A stretch of 63,582 nucleotides of DNA, the filler included, from Reticulomyxa filosa (Eukaryota; Protista; Foraminifera): the NCBI GenBank assembly GCA_000512085.1. It is 25 parts of 25 records of this genome, joined end to end, with 100 filler letters (N's around TTAATTAATTAA, not from the genome) between each part and the next. Parts side by side here need not be neighbours in the genome. Positions count along the whole stretch, not along the records: positions 1 to 9,608 come from ASPP01003698.1; positions 9,709 to 11,715 come from ASPP01001236.1; positions 11,816 to 13,028 come from ASPP01026004.1; 22 more parts are not named here. One strand, 5' to 3'. A model generated the notes under the pieces. It did not search any database. It was given only the letters and a program-made list of their open reading frames with translations, and was not told the DNA's origin. This document shows, piece by piece, positions 1-12,149 of this stretch. The translations under genes and the position numbers were made by a program. How positions within the stretch are numbered: the first letter of the stretch is position 1; each line of letters starts with the position of its first letter.

Positions 1-1417
1 AGGTAATTGCATGATATTCCTCCGCTAAGTCACAAATTTTTTCACCATCCATGGAATACACCGATTCAAATGCAATGATTTTGGGAGCATTAAAAGGAAT
101 ACTACTTAAAATTTCTTTCAAGTGATCCAAGTCATTATGTCTCCACACATGTTTGGGAACACGAGCATTTCGAATGCCTTGGACCATGGAAGCATGATTA
201 CATGCGTCACTAATGATATGACAAGGGAGATTCGATTTGGACAGCAGCGTTCCGCACAGTGTAGTTAAAGTGGTATCATTGGCCACATAACCGCTGGAAA
301 ACACTAATGCGGCTTCTTTATCGTGCAAGTCGGCCAATTCTTTTTCCAAATTGCTAATGTCTTCACTGGTTCCACTAATGTTACGAGTTCCACCAGCACC
401 TGTTCCTGATCGTCGGATCGTGTCAATCATGGCTTCCATCACAACAGGATGCTCGCCCATATTTAAATAATCATTATTGCACCATACGGTTATTTCTTCT
501 TTTTTTTTATTTTTTAATGGTAAAGGAGAAGGAGGAGAAGAAGAAGAAATTGGTTCATTTACATTTTCAAATGACAATAATGACAATGATGGCGATGATG
601 GCGATGATGATGACGATGATGATGACGATGATGATGACGATGACGATAATGGCAATGATGATTCCATTAATTCCGTCATCTCCGTCTCAACCACTTCCGA
701 TGCGGGATGCGAACTTTCGTACAACTTTTTGCTTTTATGACGATACGCTTTTGGAAAATTCCCGCACTGTCTTTCCACTGATATAAACTCGCGATAATTG
801 CCATTCTTTTTCAAATGCTTTATTTTCTCGTCCAATAATTCATTCACTTTTTCCGGTGTTGCATTTACATGCAATGGTTTCATTTGACGATTTTCTACCA
901 ATTTTGGCAAGTCATCATTTTCAATATCATTGCTGTTTTTACTTCCCATTTTCTGTTGTTCGTGCTTTTCATTTACTGCTCGCACCAAACAACAATCTGT
1001 TTATTTTTTTAAGAAAAAAAGGGATCACTGTCCCACTATTCAACTCTATTACGAACACATGCACAAAAAGAATTCTTTTTTAATATCTCCCCGCCCACAA
1101 TCAACTTTCCACAGGACAGGCCTGGTCTTGCAATAATGCTTGGATCGATGAACCGTTCTCACCAGCCACGAATTGACCTTGTACTTTCCTTTTTATTATA
1201 ATAATATTTTGTTGTCCCAATCGCTTCCATTTAACTTTTTTCAAGCGAAAAAAGACCTACTTTCTGCCAAAAAAAACCATTGACCCAACTTTAAGAAAGG
1301 ACACAAGTGCTCAAAATTCTTCGCGAGAAAAGGTAATGAATCAACATTTACTTGTTTCATTTGATTCAAAAAAGGACAACGCAATTGCTGTCCCATTCGA
1401 CTTAAAGAAGAACTCAT
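1..1417 (-). CDS. ALAS: 5-aminolevulinate synthase, mitochondrial type, multi-exon, 3' end runs off the window
   Basis: Minus-strand translation gives [73 protein letters not shown] and [12 protein letters not shown]. The N-terminal exon (ATG at 1417) carries RCPFL and LCPFL, typical of ALAS presequences. Confidence 0.93.
580..662. repeat. (GAT/GAC)n microsatellite encoding the poly-Ser insert of ALAS
   Basis: Trinucleotide run, in frame with ALAS on the minus strand. Confidence 0.85.
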
Positions 1418-1827
1418 CCTTAAACTATTTGTTGAACGTTTCTCCAACTAAAGTTATTAACTCAAGGGGTTCTTACAAGTTAAATATTGCATCTCCAATA
1501 GTTCACAACAAGAAATATCCAGTTTTTTAGAAGAATAGGCACATTATCTAAAAATGTACAATTGAGAGGTACGTAACTCGACGTTAGAGGAAAAAAGCCC
1601 ACAATAAATAAGAGCTTCGCTAAAAACAATAAGCGTAAAAAAAAAAAGTAAACCTAATTATTCAAAGAAAGAGAATGTGATTGAAAACAATGTTTGATGT
1701 TACAGTTTCAAGAAATTTACAAGACCCATCAAATAACACTTGATCGAATATTAAGACCAACTTCGACACCACTTGATATTACAAAAGCTCAGGACAAAAC
1801 AAAAAAGTAAGAACATTGGTCCAAAAA

Positions 1828-4039
1828 TTAAACATTTTTATCATCTTTTGTTTTGGATCTTTCTTCATCAACAGTCAGCCCATGTTCTTCAGATGGATTG
1901 ATGTCAGCGACGTACAACGTCGGCACTTCGTGGAACGTAGTAGATTGTCTAGGGTCGATCTCGTGTTGACGTATAGTTTGTGACGAAGAATATTCTTTGT
2001 GATTTGGATTTTCATGGTTGTTTTCATTGTCATTATCTGAACTTTTGGAGTCGTTCTGATCGAGATTCAACGACGGCACTAGTTTGGTCCCAAAGGATTT
2101 GATTTGAAGAGTATCTGTTTGCAGACCTTTTTCAATTTGTGTTTGATTATTGATTTTGACCTCACTCACACTGTTTTCCCGACTTTCAGGAATTCCATTT
2201 AGTTCGCTGACCTGGCCTTGACGCACAAGACGCGACACTCGGGACGTGTTGATTTTTTCTAATGCATCTCCAGTTAAGGCGGAATTTTCTCGGTTTGTCG
2301 ATGGACTGCGTTGATCATTACCAAAAGAGTGCTTTTCGTTGGATTCATTGGCATTTAGTGTCACTTGTTGTTTGTCGGAGTTGTTTCCAAATGCTCGATC
2401 CTGAACAATGGAAGATGGAACAATATGGACATTGAGACTTTCGCTTTGTCCTTCACTTTTGATAATGCTTGTCTCTTTCGGGTATTGCCAATCAAGCGTA
2501 CCAAATGCGCTAACACCACGTCTGTGGAAAGAAGGTACTGATAATGGTCCAAATACCTGAGTAACACTGGTACGAAAATGAGGGGTTATCGGCGTCATAA
2601 ATAACTCGCGTCGTATATTAGAATTGGAGGTATCCAATGATCCCGAGACTTGCCCTTTTGCGGTTCGGTCTTGTTTTTATGTACATCACAAATGATAACA
2701 ACAATGATAAATATTCATTCACAGAAATAAACAAAACATATTTTTTCGTACCTGTGTCGATCATTGTATTGATTAACTCTGGCTGCTGCCGTACTCTCAA
2801 CAGCGAATTTGCGTAACTGCGCAATTTAATCTGGGATGGATTGGGCGGAAATTTTCTTCGAATCCAGCGTATTGGCATTTTACAACAGGTGTATGCGACA
2901 ATTGCGCGCAGAATTGGATGTAACCCGCCGATATACCACGACACGAACATGACATTCCATGGAAAGTCAATGTAACCGACATTGCGCTCGAGCCCGTCCC
3001 GAATTTCCTTCGCACACGCATCTGCTTCCAATGCAAACATCCAACGATAATTGGATGTCAACTTATCCAGCATTGGTGTTTTTACCCATCCTGGATTCAC
3101 GACTGTTACATCCAATCCCAGTCGACGCAAACACCATTCCAAATCTTCTGATAGCAACCTTTCATACAAAAAAAAATCGTATACGAATATAAAGGTACAC
3201 ATAATGTGTACATGTCACAAGTGCAATATTTAAAAAAATAAAAGTAAATATTCCTGTTCCTTTTTTTTCCCTTCTCTTTTTTGCAAGGAAAGACGAACAT
3301 AAAAGAAAAATCATTGAGACACCTAGCAAAAGACTTCGTTGCAGAATATGCGCTTGGAATAGATTGATTTCCGTAGCCAGCGAGACTGGCGATGACAGCA
3401 ATGTGGCCTCTTCCACGTGCTTGGAATCTTGGAATAATGGGGAGCAATGTGTTGATTACTCCCATTGTATTCACTTCAAACAGTTCACTTAATTGTGAAG
3501 CAAAATCTCTTCCCCATTGGGATGCATTAGTTGCGTCCATCCTGTGATAACAGGGACAAAAAATAATAAACATCATGTGTATCCCCTCTATTTTGTTGTC
3601 AATGTTTCAAATAATGTTACCAGCATTGGCAATAATCAAGTCTAATGGCTCTCTATCATCCGCTTCTTGAATAGCATGGATGATCGCTTCTCTGACCCGA
3701 ATGTCACAACGGTATGTTACTACTCTACTCATCCCAGATGTTTTTTTTTCGACATTTATCTGCCACTTGATCCAGTCTTTCTTTGTTGCGTCCGTGCAAA
3801 AACAATGTTACATCTTTTCCTGCAAACTCCATTGCCAATGCAGAACCAATTCCACTACTTGCGCCAGTAATGAAGATTGAATTAAATTTTTTACGTTTGC
3901 ATATCCAACCGCGGCTGATTACGTAATATGTCCACCAAATCGGTGATGTGATCAACACTACCAGGTCACACAACAGACGCAACAACAGCAACAAGAAGAA
4001 CACTCCGCAGTCACGGCACATATAACAGCCACAACACAT
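1828..4039 (-). CDS. Short-chain dehydrogenase/reductase with N-terminal hydrophobic anchor and probable long low-complexity C-terminal tail, multi-exon
   Basis: ITGASSGIG (TGxxxGIG), PLDLIIANAG, GHIAVIASLAG, YSATK (YxxxK), VVNPGWVKT. Apparent 1-nt frameshift in the T-run near 3740-3749. Joining of the 1828..2637 exon is inferred. Confidence 0.82.
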
Positions 4040-4449
4040 AATTTTCTGTTTTGTCAGCGCTGGCTCACGCGCTTGCTTGGTCCTGACAAACAGTGTTACT
4101 ACAAAACATTCATCTCAAAAAAATCTCTTTACTTAAAGCAGAAAGATTGTCTTTGTCATTTTCATTTATATTTTTTTGACAGTTAAAAATGTTAAAATAA
4201 GCTAAAAATATTGCTGTGGGCCAATGTATACTCTTTTCCACAAAATATTTCTTATTTTTGGTACGCGCAAATATGGTGAAAATACTACTTAGAAATCGCT
4301 AAAACTCAGATTTGACATTTTTCTAATAGATCAGAAAAGGTTTAAGCTCTGTTTAGTGTAGGTTTTCAGGAGTGTAGCAAAGACAGCACAGGGGAGTGAC
4401 AAATGCTTTTTTAAAATAACGCAAAATATTTCATTGCAAGATCGAAGAT

Positions 4450-5156
4450 ATGCAGAGTTTCTTGTTGTCTCACAATTTTTCGCGGCAATTTAGCCCTCTA
4501 CAGACACTAAGTAAGCGTTACATGAAAAAAGGAACCGACCAAAACTGACACGAAAACAGCGTAAATCTCGGACAGTAGAAGCTCGAAAATGGTCACAACC
4601 AGCACACTCAAGTAGCAACTACATCCCATTAACTCCTGATGTAACAACTAATCCAATTCCAGCAGCTATGTATCCAATGGCCATCGGCAACAAACAAAAA
4701 AAGGGCAACGCAGAATGGAAGGCCAGTGACAAATTGTTTCGATCATTGAAATTGGAAAATGAGACGTGGTTGGATTGGAAAAATGTAGAAAAAGCGTTGA
4801 ATTTCGATGTACTATTGAAAGAAATTGAATCAAGTATCAACAGTGTATTTGAAACATTTGACAATAATACTGAAATAAATTTAAACGATCCAATTGATAA
4901 ACATAAAGTGTTGTCCAAAATTTGCAAGGAGTTCAATATAGTCATTCCATCTAAGGATTTAAGTGGAATTCAAACCAAAACGGATATTGTTGGATGGATA
5001 TTTAAAAAAGAAAAAGAAAATATGATTAAAAAATGGAGAAGAGAGCGATACATGCCTTATAATTTGCCTGAAAATCTAATTGTCGAACTGCCATGGTATT
5101 ATTGTCTAGGAAAAGAAAGGTCTCCATGGACGCGACCAATGGGAACTAAGGCTTAA
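4450..5156 (+). CDS. Probable mitochondrial ribosomal protein mL50-like
   Basis: The LNDPIDKHKVLSKICKEFNIVIPSKDLSGIQTKTDIV...LPENL pattern resembles the mL50 domain. An R/S/L-rich presequence-like segment from ATG 4450 joins the ORF if the A-run at about 4525-4530 is one base longer. Confidence 0.55.
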
Positions 5157-5241
5157 TAACACAAAAAATTGTCTTAAGTGATAGGCAAGCAAGTAAAAAT
5201 CTTCTGCCATCAATTTTCAATTTTTTGATTTACATGATTCA

Positions 5242-7794
5242 TTATTCACAAAAGAATAACAGAAAATTTGGTTTTATTATTTTTTTCAAGTGCGCAGTCA
5301 CAAATGTTGTATTAATTGCATGCTTCTTCATTTCGAATATTATGCCAAATCTTACAACACTGACCAAAGATATAATAGATCCTTTTTTTGCATTTGGTTT
5401 TCGTTTAAAATTTACTGAACTTTCGCCCATGTTTCTTTGGTAGAGGTAATTTCTTTTGACAAACATACAATTCGTACTTGGTTTTTTTTTTGCAGTAGAA
5501 CAAAAAAAAAAGAATAAAAAAAATACAACAGCAAACAACAAGCAACACACTAAAATGGAACACATTAATATTTGTCTTTGCTGACTCTTTTTAAATATCA
5601 TGGGAAAAAAAACAAAACAAAAACAAAAACAAAAAAAGTGTTTATTCATTGTCCTCTGTTTCTGGACCCCAATACGCAAATGGTTCACAAGCGCAGTTTT
5701 TTTTGGATTGTTTCCACTTGTTCCATGTTCCTTCTGAACAGATCCCAGCATTGCTTTGACATAATTGTGCTACAGCCGAGTCGAATGTGGTTCGAAACGA
5801 TTTTTGCAAAGTCATTGATTGTCTTTGTCCATTTGGTTATTAGAAAAAAACCAACTTCGATAACGTTGGCAAAAAAAAAGAAGGAAAAATAAATCAAAAG
5901 AAATTAACTCATAAATAACATGATTTGGGGGATTATATGTTCTGGCATTGATAAAGACAAGTTCACAATCTCTCAAAAATTGATCTAAATTGGTATATTG
6001 TCGAGCGTCCAATTTTTGCCCAATTGTGCCAAAATCACTTGGCCAAGGACACACCAACGAGTAATTAGGAGCAGAGTGTTTGACTTCATCAACAGCAACC
6101 CAAAATGTGCCCTCCAAATGTCGGTTGTTGCTAGTGAATTTGTCATAAGCTCGCTTTAATTCGCCGTACCAAGAGTGTTTATCCGCCTGGTCACGTGCTC
6201 GTCGTGACCGCCGAGAGGAGTTGGCTGGTGGAGTCTCGGTAGTCGCAGAGGTGACACTAGCAGCACTCTCTTGCGGAGTTTCCACAGTCATTGCTGTTGT
6301 TGTTGTTGTCGTGGTAGGCGTGGGTGTCTTTGCATTGACATTTGAGGCAAGTGCTTGATCATTTTGGTCTTGGGAAAGAGTGCCCGAGGGAGAAGAAATA
6401 TGAGATGTGTTCATTTCAGAGTAAGTCCTTTTCTGTCCTTTTTTTTTTCGAACCGAGAGACTATCTTGCTCATTTTGTTGCTTTGTAGCTGTATTACCAC
6501 TACCTTCGTTTTGAAATTTCTCATTATTTTTTGTTTGTGCTTCTCCTTGCTCTTCTGTCTCTTCTCCATCGTCGTCCTCCTCTTCTTCATCTTCGTCATC
6601 CGCTTCTTCTTCTTCTTCTTCTTCTTCTTCTTCTTCTTCTTCTTCCTCTTCCTCTTCCTCTTCCTCTTCCTCCCCATCCTCGTGTCGTGTTTCTTCGTCA
6701 TGGACTTCTTGCTTCAATTGCGTGCAAGTATTTGCATTTCTCTCGTTTTCCACAGCATTTGATTGTTTAACAGAGTTATCAGCGACAGCACTATTAGCAC
6801 ATGATATTACATTGTTGTCTATTTTCACATCGGAAGACCGATGTGTCGCTGTATTGTAATCTGATGGCTTTGCTGATTGACTATTGTCATGGACGGTTGT
6901 CGTGGGTTCTTTTTTCAATATACTGTTATTGTGTTGATGTATATTGCCATGTTCGTTTTCCTTTGTTGGCGATGCATTTGTCCCCTCATTGCGTTTGGGG
7001 GATATATTATGATGACGAGGATGGGCATTATTACTATTAGTAGTAGTAGTGCTATTATTATTATGATTGTGTGACTCATCTTCCAAACCAGGACTATTGT
7101 CGGGAGACTTTGGAGAATACTCCGAAGTCCAACGCTCTTCCATCCTTTGATCATTGGTTGAAGAGTAACTATTACTCGTTGGTACCATTGAATCTGTTTG
7201 TTTGTTGCTCATTTCCGCTTTATTTTGCTCTGTTTGTGCTTCGCTGGCATTACGAGGCATTGTCTTTTGATCAGACGACACAGGAGTCGTCGTTGTTGCT
7301 ATCGATGAAGGCGTTGGTATTGGAATGGAATCTTGAACAGAAACAGCAAAAGGCATCGAAATTGGAACAGAGATTGGAGGCATTGGCGATTGATGACGAG
7401 CAACAAGTGAACTTGTTGTTGTGTCAACCATTGATTCATTGTGTTTGGATCCATTCTCCACTGAGGACGATGCCACTCCCGTTCCAGGGGATGCTGTCTT
7501 TGTCGTATTCGTCATTGATTTGCTATTCTGCGAAAAATCGTATGTTGCATTCGGATGACTTCCATTACTCCTTTTTGTATTGTGGTCATTGGTGTTATTG
7601 TAATTGTTATTGTTGTTATCATTTTTATTGTTGTGGGATGTTTCCATTGTGTTACGTTCAAGTGTCTCTTGTTTCAAACTGTTGTTTATTGTTTCTTTCA
7701 TTTCTATTGATTCGTCGCTATTAGGGTTTGTTGCTCTTTCTGCAATATCATCCTTGTGATTACTCATGCTATTCACATGCTCGGATTTAATCAT
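5242..7794 (-). CDS. Bromodomain protein with long N/S/T-rich and poly-Glu disordered N-terminus; further 3' exons probable to about 5242
   Basis: 660-aa ORF with PNYSLVCPWPSDFGTIGQKLDARQYTNLDQFLRDCELVFINARTYN, including the conserved bromodomain Asn. Confidence 0.82.
6583..6671. repeat. (TTC/TCC)n repeat encoding the poly-Glu tract
   Basis: Directly visible in the sequence. Confidence 0.9.
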
Positions 7795-8353
7795 CGTGCT
7801 AAATCCAATCTATTCGCAAACAAACAGTACTTTGTTTGCTTGGTTTATTCTGCTTCAAGCACACCACTGACCTCTTGCATATCCATAAGAGACTTGACTC
7901 ACCACTAATGCAAACCACCAAGGAATCGATTTATTGAGTTACAAAAAACAAAATGAGAAATTCAGAAAAAATTATAAAAAACAAAAAAATTTTTGAAGGT
8001 TGAAGGGGCCAAAAAAGGGAGAGGAACGTTTGGTGTTCATAAAGAAATTTCAGAAGCTCAACGTAAGTTTGAATTACAAGTTAACCAATTTGACGCAGTA
8101 AAATTTTATATTTACATAAATTACTCCTTAAAAAATTAGTAATATATGTTCAAATTTTTTGATATTGCAACTGTTTTGCGATATAGTTTTATGTGAGTAC
8201 GTTTTTTTTTACTAGCCCTCCTTTGTTTGAATTTTTTTCATTGTAATAGAAAAAATGTTTCCGTTAGACAAAAACGATGGATAACAAATTATTGAACAAA
8301 TGAAAACGTGAGAGTGATCATGTGATAGCTTTACATTTTCAATAAAAGCCAAC

Positions 8354-9540
8354 TTAATCAAGAGAAATCAACTGTTTGCCAAGGTTGACTTTTTGGAAAT
8401 CAACAGTATCTTTCATTAAGTCAATGTAAGATTCGACAAAGGGTTTTGGTCCACTAATCATGAGCCTATCATGAGGATGTAGGTCCTGCAGGTTGGATGA
8501 TTCACTCTTCAGTTTTCCAATTTCGATATCTCCGGCAGTATTGCCATCACTTTTGGTGGAAGATTGGGTTTCGTGAGGCGGTTCGCCATGTTTCAAAAAA
8601 TGTCTGATGAGTGTTCGATTTTGAGTATCTTCCCATTTTTTAAAATGCACTTGTGACCACTCTTTCAAGTTGTAGAGAGCATTCACATCAGTAACCTGGC
8701 CGGTTTCAGAAGCAGTAAAGCAAAAGACAAAATACAATCGTTTTGGGAACTGTAGTTGCAAGTATCGAAGATGACTGGCCACAAACAAGTCGTTGGGTGT
8801 GTTATTAAACCATAACAGTAATAATTTGTTTTCATCGTTCCCTTGCGACAAGTGATGCATTATTACATGCAGCATAGGAGTGACACCTATTTAAGAAACT
8901 GTGTCAATAGTTTGATAATATCGACAATTGCAAAAAAAAAAAAAAAGACCCCTTTTGCTCTATCACTTAACCAGTGCCACCACAAATCATGATCACTCTT
9001 CTCCAACATTGTAATCCAAATCCCTCGTCCGTATAAGTCGGTAGCATTGGTTTTCGCAAGAATGGACCGGTGATTCTCAATATTTGTCCAGGTTTGAGGG
9101 ATCGCAAAATATTGCTCATGTTACCATATTTGTACAATCGAACTAATAGAAACAGCCTTTGTGAGCGATCTTCGTCTTTGGAGTTCTTTGCTTGCGAAAG
9201 ATTCTTTTGATTGTGGGGCTGTTCGGTAATACTTTGCAAGCGCGCTCCACCCTCACACAGCACAAATTGTGGTGTTATCGGCGTGTACGCCCTTGTCGTA
9301 GTATCTTTGCCAAAGTAATGCAGCAATATGTACTCTCCAAGCAAGCATCCGCTTTTCATCGAGTAATCAAATTCCAATAGTATAACCGGCCGTGCGCAAT
9401 CAACTGGTGTGACAAAGTATTTGCTCACCAATGTTGTCAACTTGAATTGTTTCGCTTGTTTGTCCCTCTTTTGCAAAAACGCCATCTCATTCACGATTGG
9501 TGACACAATCATTTTATATGGACTGAATTCATTTATCTTT
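8354..9540 (-). CDS. FAD/NAD(P)H oxidoreductase of the cytochrome b5 reductase / FNR family, 5' partial
   Basis: RAYTPIT, VRLYKYGNMS, ITGPF, MICGGTG spliced to VTPML, and ISGPKPF. Confidence 0.87.
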
Positions 9541-9608
9541 GCCTATCATCGATGCGGTCATTTTTTTTTTTTTCATGTCCCTTCTGAAAGGATCTATAAA
9601 ATGGAAAA

Positions 9609-9708
9609 NNNNNNNNNNNNNNNNNNNNNNNNNNNNNNNNNNNNNNNNNNNNTTAATTAATTAANNNNNNNNNNNNNNNNNNNNNNNNNNNNNNNNNNNN
9701 NNNNNNNN
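9609..9708. other. Artificial contig spacer (44N-TTAATTAATTAA-44N), first of 24
   Basis: Identical spacers start at about 9609, 11716, 13029, 14976, 16374, 18551, 22197, 23535, 26617, 29024, 36273, 37373, 38706, 39854, 41671, 44670, 46529, 48211, 51872, 53314, 54871, 56261, 58589 and 60287. The core places stops in all six frames. Confidence 0.99.
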
Positions 9709-9859
9709 CTTGTATATATCTGATCTCGCGCAAAATCGCAATATCAGATATACGAAAGTTTTCAACTAGTAAAAAAGATTTTATCACGATACAAAAAAAA
9801 ATTTTACTAGTTAAAAAAAATTCTTTTTTTAATAGTTTGAAAGTATTTTCTTTGTTTCT

Positions 9860-10003
9860 GTTTTCGCCATTGTTAATAATCGAAGATTAACTTCGAACTT
9901 CTTTCAGATACTGCTAGATGTTGCAGTATCTAGTTGTTCTGTGCTTGTCTTCCTTCAAAATACAACTTTTTTTTCAAAAGTTTATCTAGATGATGAAGGA
10001 TGT
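9860..10003. repeat. Dispersed repeat; diverged inverted copy at about 38481..38620
   Basis: The reverse complement AAGCACAGAACAACTAGATACTGCAACATCT...TCTGAAAGAAGTTCGAAGTTAATCTTCGATTATTAACAA matches 38528..38595 with small indels. Confidence 0.85.
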
Positions 10004-10300
10004 TTAAATTAATTTTTTTTTTCTTGTCAATTTAATACTGTTTGCTTGGGTCATTTTTGTTTCTGCATTTTGCATCGTGATTTGCCATATGATTCAATCT
10101 GTAGTATTTTCTGCATTGCTTGAAATGCGACTTTGGACATGATTTGTTTTTGTCGAATGTTCTACTTTCACCATTGAATATCCAATTTGAATGTCACTGT
10201 CTTTCAATATCTTAACGACATCATCAGAATTGGATAGCATCTTATGTAATCGTTTCACTTCTTGAACATGATATACATAATCCTCCAATGTTTCTTTTAT

Positions 10301-10551
10301 TTCATTTTCACTTTCTTGGATTGATATACTTCGAGCTTTTTTTTTAGCAAAAATGAGATCTTATCCAAGTTAAAATGAGCACCTTGTCCCAAAAGGAACA
10401 CAGCACTCTAATAAAAACAAACAAAAAAAGGAAAAGATCACACAATCAACAACAAATAAAAAAAATTTTAAGTCTTAATTTAGGTTGTACAGCGAGATTA
10501 ATCAACAGTTGCGAAAACAAATTTGGCTCTTCCCTGTGGAATGCGTCAGGG
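10301..10551. repeat. 251-bp inverted duplication of 11465..11715
   Basis: ORFs 10375 (+) and 11641 (-) share an identical N-terminal translation, and the nucleotide ends match as reverse complements. Confidence 0.95.
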
Positions 10552-10557
10552 CCCCTG

Positions 10558-10965
10558 CATCCACCACCTTTCATAGTAGGGTTAGTAGTACGATTGGAAG
10601 TCATTTCATTAGGTCTTTCCAAAACGATTTATTTTCGTTTCATTGGAAAAAATTACTTTTCTCCACTCACTTTTGGTCCATGATTTGTGTTTTTTGGCGA
10701 ACTTTAAACGTAACTTTTTATGGCGCTTAGTTAACCGATGCTTTTTGATACGTATGCAACCATTTAAACCCTGAGATTTTAAAATGCTCTTCACAGTGCT
10801 CACGGAGAACGCTCTTTTATATGTTTGTGCGAGTAGTCACTACAAATCTACTGCTGTTTGCCTTTCCAGAGTAAATTAAGCGCCTCGCAAGCCTAGCATC
10901 TCTATCAGTCCACGTTTTCGGACATCCAGAGCATCTTTTTCGTATAATCGTTCCACTGTTGAGGA
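10558..10965 (-). pseudogene. Tc1/mariner transposase fragment (HTH region and start of the DDE domain)
   Basis: SGCPKTWTDRDARLARR, SVSTVKSILKSQGL, LTKRHKKLRLKFAKKHKSWTKSEWRKVIFSNETKINRFG and PTMKGGG. Stops and frameshifts are present, and the first catalytic Asp (FSDE) reads FSNE. Confidence 0.88.
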
Positions 10966-11815
10966 ACCGCAACTAAAGCAAGTCCAACAGGAAAACTACC
11001 CAATAACTTTTCTAAATTTTTGTTTATTGTTTTTACAAACTACTTATAGAAGTGTAAACGTATATCCAGTAAACCAGAAAAAATAATGCTACTAAAATTT
11101 TCGTTAGAAAAACAAAAAGTTCATATTTTAGGGGTGGGTCGCAACTCTAAAAAAAGAAAATTTTTTTTAATCAGTAAAATTTTTTTTACTAGTTGAAAAC
11201 TTTCAGATATCTGACATTGCGATTTTGCGCGAGATCAGATATATATACAAGATAACAAACGAAACACCCAAAATAATATTACAAGAAAGAATGACGAACA
11301 AAATTGAGCAATTTTCTATTAAATATTTAAATTTTATTTTTTGTTTTAGTTTGCTTTAATTTGTTAAAAATGTGAACTGAATCCCAATATTACCTGGTAC
11401 TTCAACACTTCAAAAACAATGCTAAGAGGATTCGGTTGAGCATTAGCATTGCCCCTGTAATTCCCCCTGACGCATTCCACAGGGAAGAGCCAAATTTGTT
11501 TTCGCAACTGTTGATTAATCTCGCTGTACAACCTAAATTAAGACTTAAAATTTTTTTTATTTGTTGTTGATTGTGTGATCTTTTCCTTTTTTTGTTTGTT
11601 TTTATTAGAGTGCTGTGTTCCTTTTGGGACAAGGTGCTCATTTTAACTTGGATAAGATCTCATTTTTGCTAAAAAAAAAGCTCGAAGTATATCAATCCAA
11701 GAAAGTGAAAATGAANNNNNNNNNNNNNNNNNNNNNNNNNNNNNNNNNNNNNNNNNNNNTTAATTAATTAANNNNNNNNNNNNNNNNNNNNNNNNNNNNN
11801 NNNNNNNNNNNNNNN

Positions 11816-12149
11816 TTTTAATAGCTGCAGAATAAATAATAATGTCTTGAGATGAACTCCCCTTGAGATATTGAATAATCTCTTTATCAGATTCCATTTT
11901 TTGAATTAATGATCGTTCATGTCTTGATTCAGGGGATGATATTGTTTTTGATAATGCACCTTGCTGTCCCTGTAATTTTTTCTTGCGTTGAGTTCTTCGG
12001 TGTTGTTCGTCCAATGCGACTTGACGTGTGTCGGACTGACGAAGTCGTCTAATGAGAACACAGGAAACAAGAATCCAGCTTGACAGCTTGCCCATTGTTC
12101 TACATCTAAGGCCGACTCTTTTGAAAGTTGTACTCATCATTGCTGTCAT
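11816..12149 (-). CDS. Hypothetical protein 5' fragment, possibly an organelle-targeted PPR-like protein
   Basis: Basic N-terminus. The ORF ends at the gap in DIIIYSAAIK, which resembles the start of a PPR motif. Confidence 0.35.

Larger units (their letters stand above)
9709..11251. mobile_element. About 1.5-kb segment bounded by imperfect ~100-bp inverted repeats (9709..~9832 and ~11148..11251), containing a Tc1 transposase relic
   Basis: CTTGTATATATCTGATCTCGCGCAAAATCGCAATATCAGATA...TTCAACTAGTAAAAAA at the left is nearly the reverse complement of 11181..11251. Confidence 0.65.

Noticed and set aside
477-786. Plus-strand poly-Asp and poly-Met ORFs
   Set aside because: Antisense shadows of the ALAS poly-Ser microsatellite.
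6355-7724. Poly-Phe, poly-Leu and poly-Lys ORFs overlapping the bromodomain gene
   Set aside because: Alternative-frame readings of the (TTC)n tract and low-complexity coding DNA.
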